Shown: piece by piece, positions 10,080-21,135 of the stretch
How positions within the stretch are numbered: the first letter of the stretch is position 1
How the letters are laid out: every line of letters begins with the position of its first letter
Virus record (IMG/VR): IMGVR_UViG_3300008516_000159
Origin: a virus
Length of the DNA: 64,000 nt
Direction: 5' to 3' (one strand)
Translations under genes and position numbers: made by a program
The notes under the pieces: model-generated
Databases searched by the model: none
What the model was told of the DNA's origin: nothing
Seen by the model: only the letters and a program-made list of their open reading frames with translations

Positions 10080-11231
10080 TTATCATTTTTCCTCTTCGAA
10101 AATTGCCGCGAGCGTGAACCTTTTGTATTTATCGTGGAAGCCTTTCGGGGCTTTATCCTTAACAATCTCTTCGATATCCTTTTCTGTGCCCGCGGTCTTC
10201 CGCTTGCTCCCCCAACCGGACATTGGCGCGTTTGGGTCCCATTTAAAACCGGCCTTGAAGCCGGCGTACATGATACGTGTCAGCGCTACAGGATTTCTGT
10301 CGGATATCTTGGCTAAAAAGAAACGTTTATAATCCACACCAACCCGGGCGCCTTCTGAGTAATAGTAATACCTGTATCCCATTAGATTTCCGACACGACG
10401 CTCAGCTGCTCCACGGTCATTTCATCTACCAATAACTCGTCGCTTTCGTAGTGAAACTTCTTGATGTGTCCTGTGAGCGTGAATTTTGGATTTTTATAAA
10501 GCGTGACCCACTTGTCATCCTTTTTGGTGCGGATTACAACTTCATTGTTTATCATTTCTAACTTGGTTTCCATTTTTTATTTATCCCCTGAATCAGACGG
10601 AGTCTCCTTTATATACAGAAAAGTGTGTGGAGAAAAGTGAAAGATCTCACCGAGATGATTTTCTATCGATACAATATTATCCTTGTTATCGACGGACTTG
10701 ACTGCCGAAACTTTGACAATCTCTTGATTGATCAGCTTAACCGTGATATCATTCATTATACTTTCCTATCGGTAAATTCAATCTCGATACAAATCTTCAC
10801 ACGAGCCTCGATACTGTTTGCGATGAGATGCTCTAGATTTTTCCTTTCCCACATCAAGTATTGAGCCATCTTCTTTCTCACGAACATTTCAGCAGGCCCA
10901 ATTTCATCGAACTTATGTTCCTCCGTCAGCTTCGCCGCCTTTTTCATTAATTGTTCTTTTTCTTTTATCATTATTATCTCCAGCGTATAAAGGTTTATTT
11001 AAGATAAGCATATCGTGATCGGCAGTAAACAGATAATGGCCGCTGCCGATGCGCTCGCATTTGTATGTTAACAAAATCATGTTGAGCAGATCGCGCGCGT
11101 CTTCCACATACGATTTGTCGCCTCTCTGAAAGTAAGTTGTCAGGTTGAGAGAGACAACCTCGAGCATATCTTTGATCGTAAAATCAAAGAGTTCGCTTTC
11201 TCTTGGACCCAGTAAATCAGGGATGTTTCCC

Positions 11232-11813
11232 TTATTTGAGGTCATCGCCATAACCGCCAACTTTTAACCTGTCCGCAAAATCAGGAAGGAATATCTTTAT
11301 CCACTCTTTATAACACTCAACTATATTCTGTTTTGTGATAGCGTGGTCAAAGTAAATGCTGTCGAACTTGTCAGCATTATCTTGGCTATTTTGTATCGGA
11401 TATGTCGTTCCATATTCGATTGCCTCCCGACTGTCTGTTTTATATGCCTCATCTGACAACATAGTAAACAGCCATTGCCACTTCCATCGAAACAACCGCG
11501 GTAGTTTTACCATCACATCGACCCAGATGATATCTTCGTCTTCTTTTGTGTCCAACAAATCAAATGGATGATCTATTTGGAGGGATTCGGGGTTTCGTTG
11601 TTCCAACCTGTTCAGATATCTATTGATCCTGCGGTGGAATTTGCGTTCTTTCTTGGCTTGAGTAAGATTGTCGCAGGCTATAAGTTCAACTCTTCTTCTT
11701 GCCACTTTGCCCGTCTTCTTTTTTTCCTCCTCCCAGCTCGCGAATGCTTGTTCCAGGCCCTCGCGAAGTGTCGACTTGTCTTTTTTCAGACTCTTTTTGA
11801 TGGCCCCGGCCAT
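11232..11813 (-). CDS. hypothetical protein
   Basis: 193-aa ORF with a strong AGGAGG SD. Confidence 0.65.
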   Translation of the reverse strand: MAGAIKKSLKKDKSTLREGLEQAFASWEEEKKKTGKVARRRVELIACDNLTQAKKERKFHRRINRYLNRLEQRNPESLQIDHPFDLLDTKEDEDIIWVDVMVKLPRLFRWKWQWLFTMLSDEAYKTDSREAIEYGTTYPIQNSQDNADKFDSIYFDHAITKQNIVECYKEWIKIFLPDFADRLKVGGYGDDLK

Positions 11814-11998
11814 TCTTTCCTCCTATACGAATTTGTTTTTTACCCCGTCTTGGAGGTAGATTTTCCATGACATGTTTTCGAAAAGTTTCGCACATCACAT
11901 AATGATCGCTTAACTCTTCTTCACTTAAGAAAATCGCTCCACAAACACAAACATACTGTTCCATTTCCTGTAGTATATATGTCTCTACAGCAAAGATA

Positions 11999-12289
11999 AT
12001 GCCTGGAGGCGACAATATGCCAGAGAAGAAGGGCTTTTTTAATGATATAGGTAAGCAAATAGTTATTATAATTATATCCCTCCTAATAGGCGGCTCTATT
12101 ACTTTTGTTGCCAACTCCATGAATCTATCTCGGAAGAACCGTGAGAGCATACTTATAATAGAGGAACACATGGCGACTATTGAGTCAGAGATGATAAAGA
12201 CCGGTGCCGCGGCATCGCTCAATGCCTCGGAAGCTCAAAAGATACGCATTGATGTTGCTAAAATAAAAGGTTACTTAGGGATGGACTAA
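11999..12289 (+). CDS. single-TM plus coiled-coil membrane protein (holin-like architecture, tentative)
   Basis: Hydrophobic IVIIIISLLIGGSITFVA followed by a heptad-like helix. Confidence 0.45.
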   Translation: MPGGDNMPEKKGFFNDIGKQIVIIIISLLIGGSITFVANSMNLSRKNRESILIIEEHMATIESEMIKTGAAASLNASEAQKIRIDVAKIKGYLGMD

Positions 12290-12690
12290 TGAAGAAATTA
12301 ATTCTCGCGTTGTTAATGTTTATTTTTGTATGTATGCCGCTGTTTGCAGAAGTTGATCTTGTCGAATATTTGGATGAATTCGGCATAGAGGTGCAAGAGT
12401 GGTTTGCTGTCGAAGGTCTTAATGTTATATACATCGCGGCAAAACTAGGACCTAACGCAAACGACGTAGCCAACAGCACTGTGTATATCATGAACGCCCT
12501 TTCGTATCTAGATGAATATCAGAACTATGGCGTTGTTTTGGCCGACAGACCATGTGCATTGGAGATTGAGTTTGATAATGGGGTCCTGAGGGCGCTTCGA
12601 GAGGCTAAAACCGCTGAGGAGAAGTTGGATATAATACTTGAGTTTTCTCAACCCTATTACATGGACCAACAAAAACAAATGCTATGGTAA
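12289..12690 (+). CDS. exported acidic protein
   Basis: Signal peptide MKKLILALLMFIFVCMPLFA followed by EVD. Confidence 0.6.
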   Translation: MKKLILALLMFIFVCMPLFAEVDLVEYLDEFGIEVQEWFAVEGLNVIYIAAKLGPNANDVANSTVYIMNALSYLDEYQNYGVVLADRPCALEIEFDNGVLRALREAKTAEEKLDIILEFSQPYYMDQQKQMLW

Positions 12691-13060
12691 TATATAATTA
12701 TTCTATATTCGACAAAGTCAAACGTGGAGATGTGATTTATATCTTCGAAGTGGCTTTCGCCGGAGAATTCGAGCTGGATCATTATGAAGAAGATGAAGAA
12801 ATACCTGTTCTTACTGGCATAATAGTAGCAACGGAAAATGGCAAAAAGGACGGCACATTAACCGGGTACAAATTTGAAACTGGAGACGTGATAGATCCTA
12901 GCAAAGACGATTTAGATGAAGTCAGCTTTGCTGAGTTTGAATACTTCTTCAAGGCGGACGTTGATACGGTAGATGTAAAAAAAATAGATCTATTTAATTT
13001 CATTCAAATCAGAGATTATATTGAATTGGATTACAAGAAAGCAATAATTAAATCGATGGA

Positions 13061-13942
13061 TTAAATCCTGAAATGATTATACTTCGTTAAAACCAACTCT
13101 CCCTCATCCTTATTTCTTTTTCCTTCTGTTTCCTCAAACATATAGCCAGGAAAAATAACCTTTTTCATTTTATATGAGAGAAGAATGGCTTCATCACTAT
13201 TCTTAAAAGGATAGTCCGTTGCCACTATGGAGTAATACAGCTTACTGGTGTCCGTGCGACCGTCAAAAATCTCTTCGACATTGTGACACGAATGAGCGAT
13301 AGCCAGTGTCATGCTGTCTTTGACTATTACAACCGCAAAACTGTTGGCATTTTTTACTACCGCCCACGCCAGCTTGTCGTCAAACTCCAGGTCTTCCTTT
13401 ATACGGCTGGTTGTCTGTTCAACAACACCCCATCGAGTCATTGTAAGATCAGTAAAAACAGGCTGCCTAATGTTAGTGGTATATACTTTCAGCAGGGGGA
13501 GGTCTTTTGTGATAAGCCTCATGGCATAGTCTTCTATTGTTGGCGCAATAATAGATTCAGGAACATTTCCGGTTTCAATAAAATAAGTAATCAATCCATT
13601 TCTGAATTCATTGTTGGTAGCGAGGCACTTGCCAGTCAAGCTCAAATTTTGAGTTTCAAGAAGCTCCTGTACAGTATCCACGTGGTCTCTTTTCACACAC
13701 ACAAAAGCGGCAACAGGATTTCCTAACTCGGCCACAGCAAAGGTCTGTTCCTCACCGAACTCGCTGACGATATTGGAGGCCACGTGCATGTTAATTATAT
13801 CATGATAGTTCAGCTTAGGGCCGAATCTGTGCCGTGGAGCGTCGGTGTCGTTTTCCACGTAAAGAGCGGCTGCTTGATGTTCATTCTCGCCATGTTTCAA
13901 TTCAAAGGCTTTTTCGTAATTGAGAGTTAGCTTTTTGTTCAT
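13061..13942 (-). CDS. degenerate PurH AICAR-transformylase-domain homolog (probable pseudoenzyme)
   Basis: LKHGENEHQAAALY matches LRYGENPHQxAAFY; LNYHDI..MHVAS.IV.EF; LAWAVVK; VATDYPF; VIFPG. The catalytic KH of VKHxNPCG appears as EL (AELGNPVA). Confidence 0.7.
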   Translation of the reverse strand: MNKKLTLNYEKAFELKHGENEHQAAALYVENDTDAPRHRFGPKLNYHDIINMHVASNIVSEFGEEQTFAVAELGNPVAAFVCVKRDHVDTVQELLETQNLSLTGKCLATNNEFRNGLITYFIETGNVPESIIAPTIEDYAMRLITKDLPLLKVYTTNIRQPVFTDLTMTRWGVVEQTTSRIKEDLEFDDKLAWAVVKNANSFAVVIVKDSMTLAIAHSCHNVEEIFDGRTDTSKLYYSIVATDYPFKNSDEAILLSYKMKKVIFPGYMFEETEGKRNKDEGELVLTKYNHFRI

Positions 13943-14307
13943 TATCTTCCCCTGTAGCTTTTATTGGTAATACCTATAAAATTAAGCGAGAATAGTGTGC
14001 CTAAAACAAGAGGCACAATGAGTAACGCTTTCGGATAACCAGCATAAGACGCAAAAAATGCCATGAAGAAAAATGCTAATGTCAGTATGCTGTTTAATAT
14101 TGATGACATCATGTTTAGCTCCGCTAAATCATTTGTATCGCCGAATATATATGCTATGAGCAAAAGTAAATAAAAGAAACTAAAAATCCCGGCGATTATT
14201 CCTGCTACTAATAGTGTGTGATTAAAAAAGGAGTAGTAAGCTATAAGAGAGAAAACAACAAAATGAAACACATAGAGGGCTTTTCTTTGTTTTAATTCTT
14301 TGTCCAT
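13942..14307 (-). CDS. multi-pass membrane protein
   Basis: About four hydrophobic segments in 121 aa. Confidence 0.65.
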   Translation of the reverse strand: MDKELKQRKALYVFHFVVFSLIAYYSFFNHTLLVAGIIAGIFSFFYLLLLIAYIFGDTNDLAELNMMSSILNSILTLAFFFMAFFASYAGYPKALLIVPLVLGTLFSLNFIGITNKSYRGR

Positions 14308-14317
14308 ATTATCACTT

Positions 14318-14346
14318 AAAAAAGAAACCCGTGGGCGGCCACGGGT
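14318..14346 (-). terminator. intrinsic terminator after hsp20
   Basis: ACCCGTGG-CCGC-CCACGGGT followed by TTCTTTTTT on the minus strand. Confidence 0.8.
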
Positions 14347-14350
14347 CCTT

Positions 14351-14800
14351 TTATTTGATCTCTATATTTTTTGGTTTTGATTCAGGAGCAATGGGAACCT
14401 TCAGCTGAAGGAGTCCCTTGTCCATATTTGCCTCAAGTTCATCTAAATTGAACTTCGGGGCAATCTTCCAGGCGAACCTGAAAGATCGACGAGCAATACC
14501 CTTTCTGTAGTATCTCCCGTCTTGTGGAGATTCTTCCTCTTTACTTTTGTCATACTCCACAATGAGAGTGTCACCATCCTCGATTCGGAGCGCGATGTCT
14601 TTTTTCCCAAGGCCAACTGCCGCGATATCAATCTCGAGACCAGCTTTAGTCTCTTTGACGTCAACCGGATAGCTGATTTTGGCCTCATCAAGGGTAAAGA
14701 AACCCTCGGAAGAATCGAACAAATCCCTCCACAAAACGTCAAAGGGTTTAAGATTGAAGAAACTGTCTGCTAAATTTAACAACTCTGAAGTCATTTTCAT
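14351..14800 (-). CDS. small heat-shock protein Hsp20 / alpha-crystallin family
   Basis: YPVDVKE, IAAVGLGKKDI, GIARRSFRFAW, ANMDKGLLQLKVP. Confidence 0.95.
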   Translation of the reverse strand: MKMTSELLNLADSFFNLKPFDVLWRDLFDSSEGFFTLDEAKISYPVDVKETKAGLEIDIAAVGLGKKDIALRIEDGDTLIVEYDKSKEEESPQDGRYYRKGIARRSFRFAWKIAPKFNLDELEANMDKGLLQLKVPIAPESKPKNIEIK

Positions 14801-14862
14801 TTACCTCCCTAAGGTAGATAATTATCAAAGACCTTCGTAAGCCGCCCAGGGTCTTACGTGTT

Positions 14863-14870
14863 TATATATG
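14863..14870 (-). promoter_or_regulatory. CATATATA putative promoter upstream of hsp20
   Basis: Recurrent motif, 63 nt before the start. Confidence 0.55.
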
Positions 14871-14877
14871 CCTTGAC

Positions 14878-15138
14878 TTAAAGATGATCGGGCAATTTTG
14901 CACCATAATAGGGGTTCTTTTTTACCCAATCTTTCCGGCCCTTTTTGCGCTCTTTGCCTTCACCATGATATTGGGTGTATGAGTCATTCTTATTAACGAA
15001 TGCACCATGGCCCGTTGATGGCCTGCGCTTCATTTCGGCGCCGCAACTCTCACATACGATCTTTGGATCTTCTTTTATGGAATGTCGCACTTCTTTTTCA
15101 AGTCCACACTCGTAACACTTATAGTCATACGTTATCAA
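14878..15138 (-). CDS. FmdB-family zinc-ribbon protein
   Basis: TYDYKCYECG...VCESCGAEMKR. Likely TTG start overlapping the upstream TGA. Confidence 0.85.
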   Translation of the reverse strand: MITYDYKCYECGLEKEVRHSIKEDPKIVCESCGAEMKRRPSTGHGAFVNKNDSYTQYHGEGKERKKGRKDWVKKNPYYGAKLPDHL

Positions 15139-15606
15139 CTGACAATCTCCGCTATGGTCTTCACCCACGCTTCTTTAGCTTTATCGAAGTCGCTATACTG
15201 CTTCGCGCCTGTTTGTTTGAAGTGTGTTTTATTCTGGCCGTTGAAGTAATGCGTTGTTGTCGCCTGAACGTTCCACGTGTCAGACCCCAATCTTCTGGAA
15301 ATTTCCACCTCTCCTACTCTATTATCGTCCGAGTCCATTACGTGAATGACAAAATCATTTGAACCCGGGCTTTTTGTGTAAAGAGGACTAATCTTAAAAT
15401 TCCTCTCGCTTATGTGGGAAATAGCCTCAATAAGGCTTTTTTGATTTTCTGATCGATTCATAGTTTCGCCACTGAATTAGAGTTTTCCAGAAGCGAACTT
15501 TGTCCCAGAGAGTGGTAATCTTTCTGTTCTTCTGATAAAGCTCGCGAGAGCCGTCTGATCTGGTTTCGATGCACAAATTTGTTCCTCTTAGTGACATTAC
15601 AGCTCC

Positions 15607-16605
15607 TTACACATTAAGAAATTTTGCTTCTTCGCGGGTGATGTAATCTTCGTGCTCTTCTTCCTCACGATAGTTGGTAACTCTATCAATGGCTTTACCC
15701 TTGTATTTATCGATCACCTTGTCGATACTCAAACCTGCCGCAACAGTTATATAGAGAATAGTATCATAGTTGTTTCGAATAATACCCGAAAGGATCCTCG
15801 CACTCTTCGCTCTGCCACTGATCTTTTTGGTTACTTCTACAAGTTTGTTGGCTTCGGCATCAACGTCTGCGTTCTTAATCTTACTGTAGACTGAACGGGC
15901 GATTAAAACGTTCTTTGCTTCGTTGATTCTGCCGTAGCTGATAAACTTGACAGCTTCTTCTTCCAGATTTGAGAAAGAAACATTAACGAAGCCGCCGGCA
16001 TAAGAAATCGAAGTTGTTTCAAGATGGTCGATTGACAGCGGGCTATATAAGCTTGGATCATTAAGCTCGTCGTTCATATTGACGACGCACTTGACGCTGC
16101 CGATGATGTGTTCATTGATATTGGAGAAATCGCGTTCCGCAAACTTGCCAATATCTTCGTTGGAGAACAGCATAATCGAGCACTTGTCCTGAAACTCATT
16201 GAACCTCTGCATCGCTCTGACAGCATTAGCTGTGGCTGGAATCGACTCTGAGAGGAATGGGAGAATGCCGACAAAAAGGATCTTGTTTCTTTGGCGCAAC
16301 AGAGGCATTAGAACCGACTTAATCGAAGAACTGCCGCTGCCACCTCCAAGGGCCGCAAATATAACAACCTTTGTCCTTACGTAGGGCTCAAGTACTTTTT
16401 CTACTTCTTCTTTGTTCTCGCCCCAAATCTTAAGGCCTAGATTATAATTACGACCGGATCCGTCTCTGGAAAGTTCGATGTTGTTGGTTAGTCCAACTTC
16501 ATCTTCGAGTGCGGTGTTAAATGTGATAATTTCATCATCTTTGCTCTTAAAGAGCTCGGCGAGTCGCGAGCCGGTTTGCCCGCAACCCAATAATAAGCGC
16601 TTCAT
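15607..16605 (-). CDS. tubulin/FtsZ-family GTPase (PhuZ/TubZ-like)
   Basis: LLGCGQTGSRL (G1 loop), AALGGGSGSS signature, GILPF..E...A..NA, acidic C-terminal tail. Confidence 0.85.
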   Translation of the reverse strand: MKRLLLGCGQTGSRLAELFKSKDDEIITFNTALEDEVGLTNNIELSRDGSGRNYNLGLKIWGENKEEVEKVLEPYVRTKVVIFAALGGGSGSSSIKSVLMPLLRQRNKILFVGILPFLSESIPATANAVRAMQRFNEFQDKCSIMLFSNEDIGKFAERDFSNINEHIIGSVKCVVNMNDELNDPSLYSPLSIDHLETTSISYAGGFVNVSFSNLEEEAVKFISYGRINEAKNVLIARSVYSKIKNADVDAEANKLVEVTKKISGRAKSARILSGIIRNNYDTILYITVAAGLSIDKVIDKYKGKAIDRVTNYREEEEHEDYITREEAKFLNV

Positions 16606-16634
16606 TTTTTACTCCTTATAGGTGTTCTATATAT

Positions 16635-16642
16635 TATATATG
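16635..16642 (-). promoter_or_regulatory. CATATATA putative promoter upstream of the tubulin gene
   Basis: Recurrent motif, 30 nt before the ATG, with an AAGGAG SD in between. Confidence 0.55.
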
Positions 16643-17559
16643 CGTCTAGACGCCTAAGTTATGTAAATCCTGAGAGCTTTTTTAAAGATATGATTTAGAA
16701 TATCAACTTTAAAAGTAGCAAACTCCGCCGAATTCTCGGCGAACCTTATTCCTTCGACATATTCGTCATTGAATATATCATCTGCTTTTTGTCCGAGGCC
16801 GTGTGGAAAATAGAGCCCGCGGGTATCTTTTCTATAATGAAGCTTAAATGGCGACATTAGCCTTAATCTACTTGATCCTATCGGGACCGGGAGCTCGTCC
16901 CACTCCATGTTGGTAGCGTAATGATAATTAGTAATATTTTTATCATCATATTTACCCAACATTGGTGTTTTTGCTTTATAAAGCTCTGCTCTGTTCGAGT
17001 ATGTTTTCATGGACAGTTCCGATAGTTCTTTTGACGGGCTATAAAATTGTTGGCAAAGTTTCCTCTTGCGTCAGGATCAAAAAGAGCATTAAATAATTCT
17101 AAAAAAAATGATTCAATTTCTGGATCACTTATATAATTAGTTAATACACTTATCCCTTTAGGAGTCACAGCGAAAACTGAAGCTAGCTTATCTGAGCTAC
17201 GAACAAGCGCCAATTTTTTTCTTGCGGTACTGATTGCGACTTCGCCGTTGTGGTTTAGTTGATACGCGTGACTTTTATCCGCCATCTCGGACGTCATCGC
17301 CCATTGCCATTTGAATTGCTTCACCAAAGTTTTAAGCGTATAATGCCTGGCATACGTTTTCATTTCTTTTTAGGGATAAATTTCTCTTTTCTGACAATAT
17401 CGGTTAGATCTTGCTGGATTTTATTCTTTTTCTTCATGGTTCTTTTACGAGTTTTCTCTTCCATCTCGTTAATAACTTCCTGTGCTTCTTCATCGAGCTC
17501 GCGCATAAATTCTTCATAGTCATAGCGCATTTTAATTCGTGGCATGTAGACTCTCCTAC

Positions 17560-18348
17560 TTATCCGGCAGGTATTTCATAAACACTGTCCAGGGTGGACA
17601 AACTTGTTCTAACTTTCAAATCAGGATAAAGATAATATCTTCCCTCTTCGCTTACATAAGAAATGATATCAAGAAAGCCTATATTATATTTGGCAGTGTT
17701 GTATATCTCAAGGTGTTGTTCTTTCCGGACTAACTTACCGGCCGCCGATATGTTTTTATAGAAATCTGTGTTATTAAACTGATCTTGCTCGGTCGTCAAG
17801 AAAGTAATGTTTTTACTGTTGGTTGTGTCCATGAATTCGTCAAAATCTTCCAACACACTTTCGTTCGGATTGCCCAGTTTTGAATTGAAAACAGGAACAT
17901 ACAGAATGGTTGTCAATTTCGAGTTTGCATATCGAATAAGACCCGAAGGTATTTCCATCTGTCGAACTAAACCTGCCAGACTATTGTATTCGTCCGGTCT
18001 GAACGATAAAAGATTGATTTTCAGTTCCGTCAGCCCTATGGAAATCAGTTGATCGAGTAGGGCTTCTTCGAGCAACAGGCCGTTTGTGAGTAAAGAAAAA
18101 TGCTGAAAATAAGGCTGGCCAAGTTTTAACATTTCCAATAAACGAAAAGCATTCATCAAAGGCTCACCGCCGATAAAGGAAACGGCCGAAATGCCGCGGT
18201 TCTTGAAGTGTTCATATATAGTGGCTATTTGCCTTTTGTTGAAAAGATCGTCGGTTTGTGGCAAATGCGTATCAATGTGACAATACTGGCAATTTAAGTT
18301 AGTGTAGCAGCTTGTTATTATGTTTAACTTCTTATTTTTTAAATCCAT
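17560..18348 (-). CDS. radical SAM protein with atypical CX5CX2C motif
   Basis: SCYTNLNCQYCH, FIGGEPL, LLTNGLLL. No SPASM domain. Confidence 0.8.
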   Translation of the reverse strand: MDLKNKKLNIITSCYTNLNCQYCHIDTHLPQTDDLFNKRQIATIYEHFKNRGISAVSFIGGEPLMNAFRLLEMLKLGQPYFQHFSLLTNGLLLEEALLDQLISIGLTELKINLLSFRPDEYNSLAGLVRQMEIPSGLIRYANSKLTTILYVPVFNSKLGNPNESVLEDFDEFMDTTNSKNITFLTTEQDQFNNTDFYKNISAAGKLVRKEQHLEIYNTAKYNIGFLDIISYVSEEGRYYLYPDLKVRTSLSTLDSVYEIPAG

Positions 18349-19518
18349 TATATAGTCCTCTTGTGCTCAAGATCTCCATATTATCTTTGAGCGCCAATAT
18401 ACTTTATTAGTGAATTCCTTCCTTAACTATTATGCCATCATTTCGAAGCTGATCGGATTTACGTTTGAATTCAATAGACGATCTGTCTGTAATCATAAAA
18501 CCGAAGCCTCTGTCAAATTTAAAGTCGTGCTTCGCGAGTACTTTGTCAATCTCTTCAATAACATTGTTTGAGTGGTTCACTCTTTTAACACTTTCTTTAC
18601 TATATGTCTGGTTAGATTTCTAGTAACGGACTTTCTATCACTGAGGTTTCCCAACTTTGTTCCGTCGATGAATATGTCATTGTTGTTATCTATATACATC
18701 CTGCCAATGGACTTCCTATTATCCTGTTTGGCTTTAGACCAATCGCTTGACCAATCGGATATTATACTCGGGTCTATACAATCGCTATGCTTGGCTCCAA
18801 TTTCACAATCTAGTTTCATTTTATTTCCAACATTCTCTTGGCAATAGCTCTTTTTATAATCTTGCCAAGCTTTTTTGGATCAGCATGTCTACTAATAAGA
18901 ACTTTGCCGTCCCAATAGATGTCATCATCTTTTATTTCTATCCGCCAGCTGTTTTTCGGAACGGCCGGGGCCGCGTCGTCGTCGAATGAGAAAACCCCTC
19001 CATCATAATCTACAACTTCCATCAAACGTGGTGTGTCTTCAAGTGTCATTTTATCCCCTCTATATATGTTTTACTCCCCGTATCTATACTCGTCAAAACC
19101 TTCGGTGATATCCTTTTTGATGACAATTTCTATAACTTTGTTTTCAAAGTCGACTTCTATATCAATCCATCCCTTTTCGATATAGCTCCAGCAAAGCTCC
19201 AGTGCATCATTGCGCGTGAACTCGGGATTTATATATTGCAAATGAGGTTCAATAACTCGACAAAACAATAGTTCGTCTATCACCTGAACCTTTTCCGGAT
19301 GTGTCTGAAAAGTGCGCTCTCTTAGAGTCATTTTTTATTGATATCCTCTAGCTCATCCATGAAGTCTTCTAGACCTTTTTCCGCATTATCCTTGGTGACC
19401 TCTATAAGTTTGAGCATTTGATCATGGTTGATTATTTCAGCTCTGTACAGCATTAACGCCATGCCAAGCATGTATGTAAAGAATTCAATTGTCATTTTGT
19501 TCTCCTTCAACCGCGATA

Positions 19519-20208
19519 TTATAAAAGAGCTTCATCTTCGAAGATTTTTTTCGCGAAGATTTTGAGTTTTTCGTTTGTTCTTATTTTGTCTCTAGTAACT
19601 AATAATTTTCCTCTGCTTGCGATCTCCTCTTGTATATCTATGTCTAGGTCCTTGTACATTCCCATGAAAGTTTTAGATATGGATAAAAAGAAAAGAGACA
19701 GCATTCCCTGAATGGCATAATAAATGCCGTCAGACATGACCAAACCATCTGGTATATTTCCAAAAAAATCATCGTAGTTTTGACCAGGATGATCGTCTAT
19801 CCATTCTTGAAACAGCTTCTTGTCTTGAGCCAAAGCATACATTACATCTTTTATCTTATCGCTATCAACCACAATCTTGCGGTTTTGTATATACTCGAAA
19901 TAGTTGCGCATTGCTTTTTGAGTAAGTAACTGATGTGGCCAGATTGTCTTATTTTTACCAAGATGAATTATTTGAGATTCAACATACCATCGCATATTAA
20001 AGTGGCTGTCGTCTTTGACTATGTCATATAGTTTTTCGAATGCTTCCCAATGTTGATGTTTTTTTGGATCTGATCGATTGCAAAAGCGAGACCACTGCTG
20101 TTTGGATGTAGAATCGTGGTTACAGATCCTGTTGTAAAATACGCGCGCCAGGTCATAGATAGTATATTCTCTTGTGTTGAACTTTAAGTCAACTAGATTA
20201 TGAGCCAT
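19519..20208 (-). CDS. hypothetical protein (229 aa)
   Basis: Long ORF with no confidently recognised motif. Confidence 0.6.
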   Translation of the reverse strand: MAHNLVDLKFNTREYTIYDLARVFYNRICNHDSTSKQQWSRFCNRSDPKKHQHWEAFEKLYDIVKDDSHFNMRWYVESQIIHLGKNKTIWPHQLLTQKAMRNYFEYIQNRKIVVDSDKIKDVMYALAQDKKLFQEWIDDHPGQNYDDFFGNIPDGLVMSDGIYYAIQGMLSLFFLSISKTFMGMYKDLDIDIQEEIASRGKLLVTRDKIRTNEKLKIFAKKIFEDEALL

Positions 20209-21135
20209 TTTTAGATTTAAAATTGGGACATTGAATTATTTCTACTTTCGAGCTCTGCTTACATGTGTTTACGCAGCGCTTACACATTTCGTGCTTTTGT
20301 CTCCAATATGTGGTTTTGATTTGTTCTATTGTGACTTTGCTCTTACTCACTCTATTTCCATTATTAATATTTTTTTGGGTCCCAGCGCGGATGAACGAAA
20401 AACGTCGCACTCTCCAAGAGTTTCTGCTGAAATAGTCAAGTCGATTTTTACATCTCTAGGCCCCTTGGGAATTGGGCAGCCAGGGCCTCCTACCGGCATT
20501 AATATGGGATCATATGTTACATTCATTGCGGTTATGTAACCTGTTAATATTACTTTATCCTTTAGAATAGCCTTGGCCACTTTTTTTTTCATATCATCTT
20601 CGGCCATTTATTTAACCTTCTCCCAGTTTTTGGCCGCATAAACCCACTTTAAACCATCATGGAACAAAGCAACATCTGAATATATGTCTGCGTCTTCTGA
20701 TGTACATTGCTCAACGCCTTCTAGAAAACTACCTTCTTGGATCACGTTTATCTGCCAAATGGCCATTTCCATCTTGCCGTACTTGATTCCAAGCAAAGTT
20801 CCATCGCTGCATATTAACAGCACTTCATCGTCGTAGCAATCGACTTCGCCGCGTACATCTCCATCGACTTCTATTAAATCGTCGCTCGTTCCCCATATTT
20901 TAGTCATTTCTCGTGGCCCCTTGTGATTTTTATAGCGTATTAAAATACCTTCTGAAAAAGATACGAAAGCCCGAAAAACGCAGCCGCACATACTATAAAC
21001 GTCGATACCATTATAAATACGGTCACCAAAGCCGCGCTGCTCTTAATAGAATCGGCTACAGTACGATATATGTTTTTGACAGGCGCCGGCCTAGACCAGG
21101 CGCCCGTCTTCAGGAGAGTCTTTGCTGCTTCTTTT

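Noticed and set aside
11686-12222. 178-aa ORF as called
   Set aside because: Its 5' half is antisense to the plus-strand gene at 11999. The plausible gene starts at 11964 (MEQYVCVCG, after a CATATATA motif and an AGGA SD), and its 3' tail overlaps the next gene by 128 nt.
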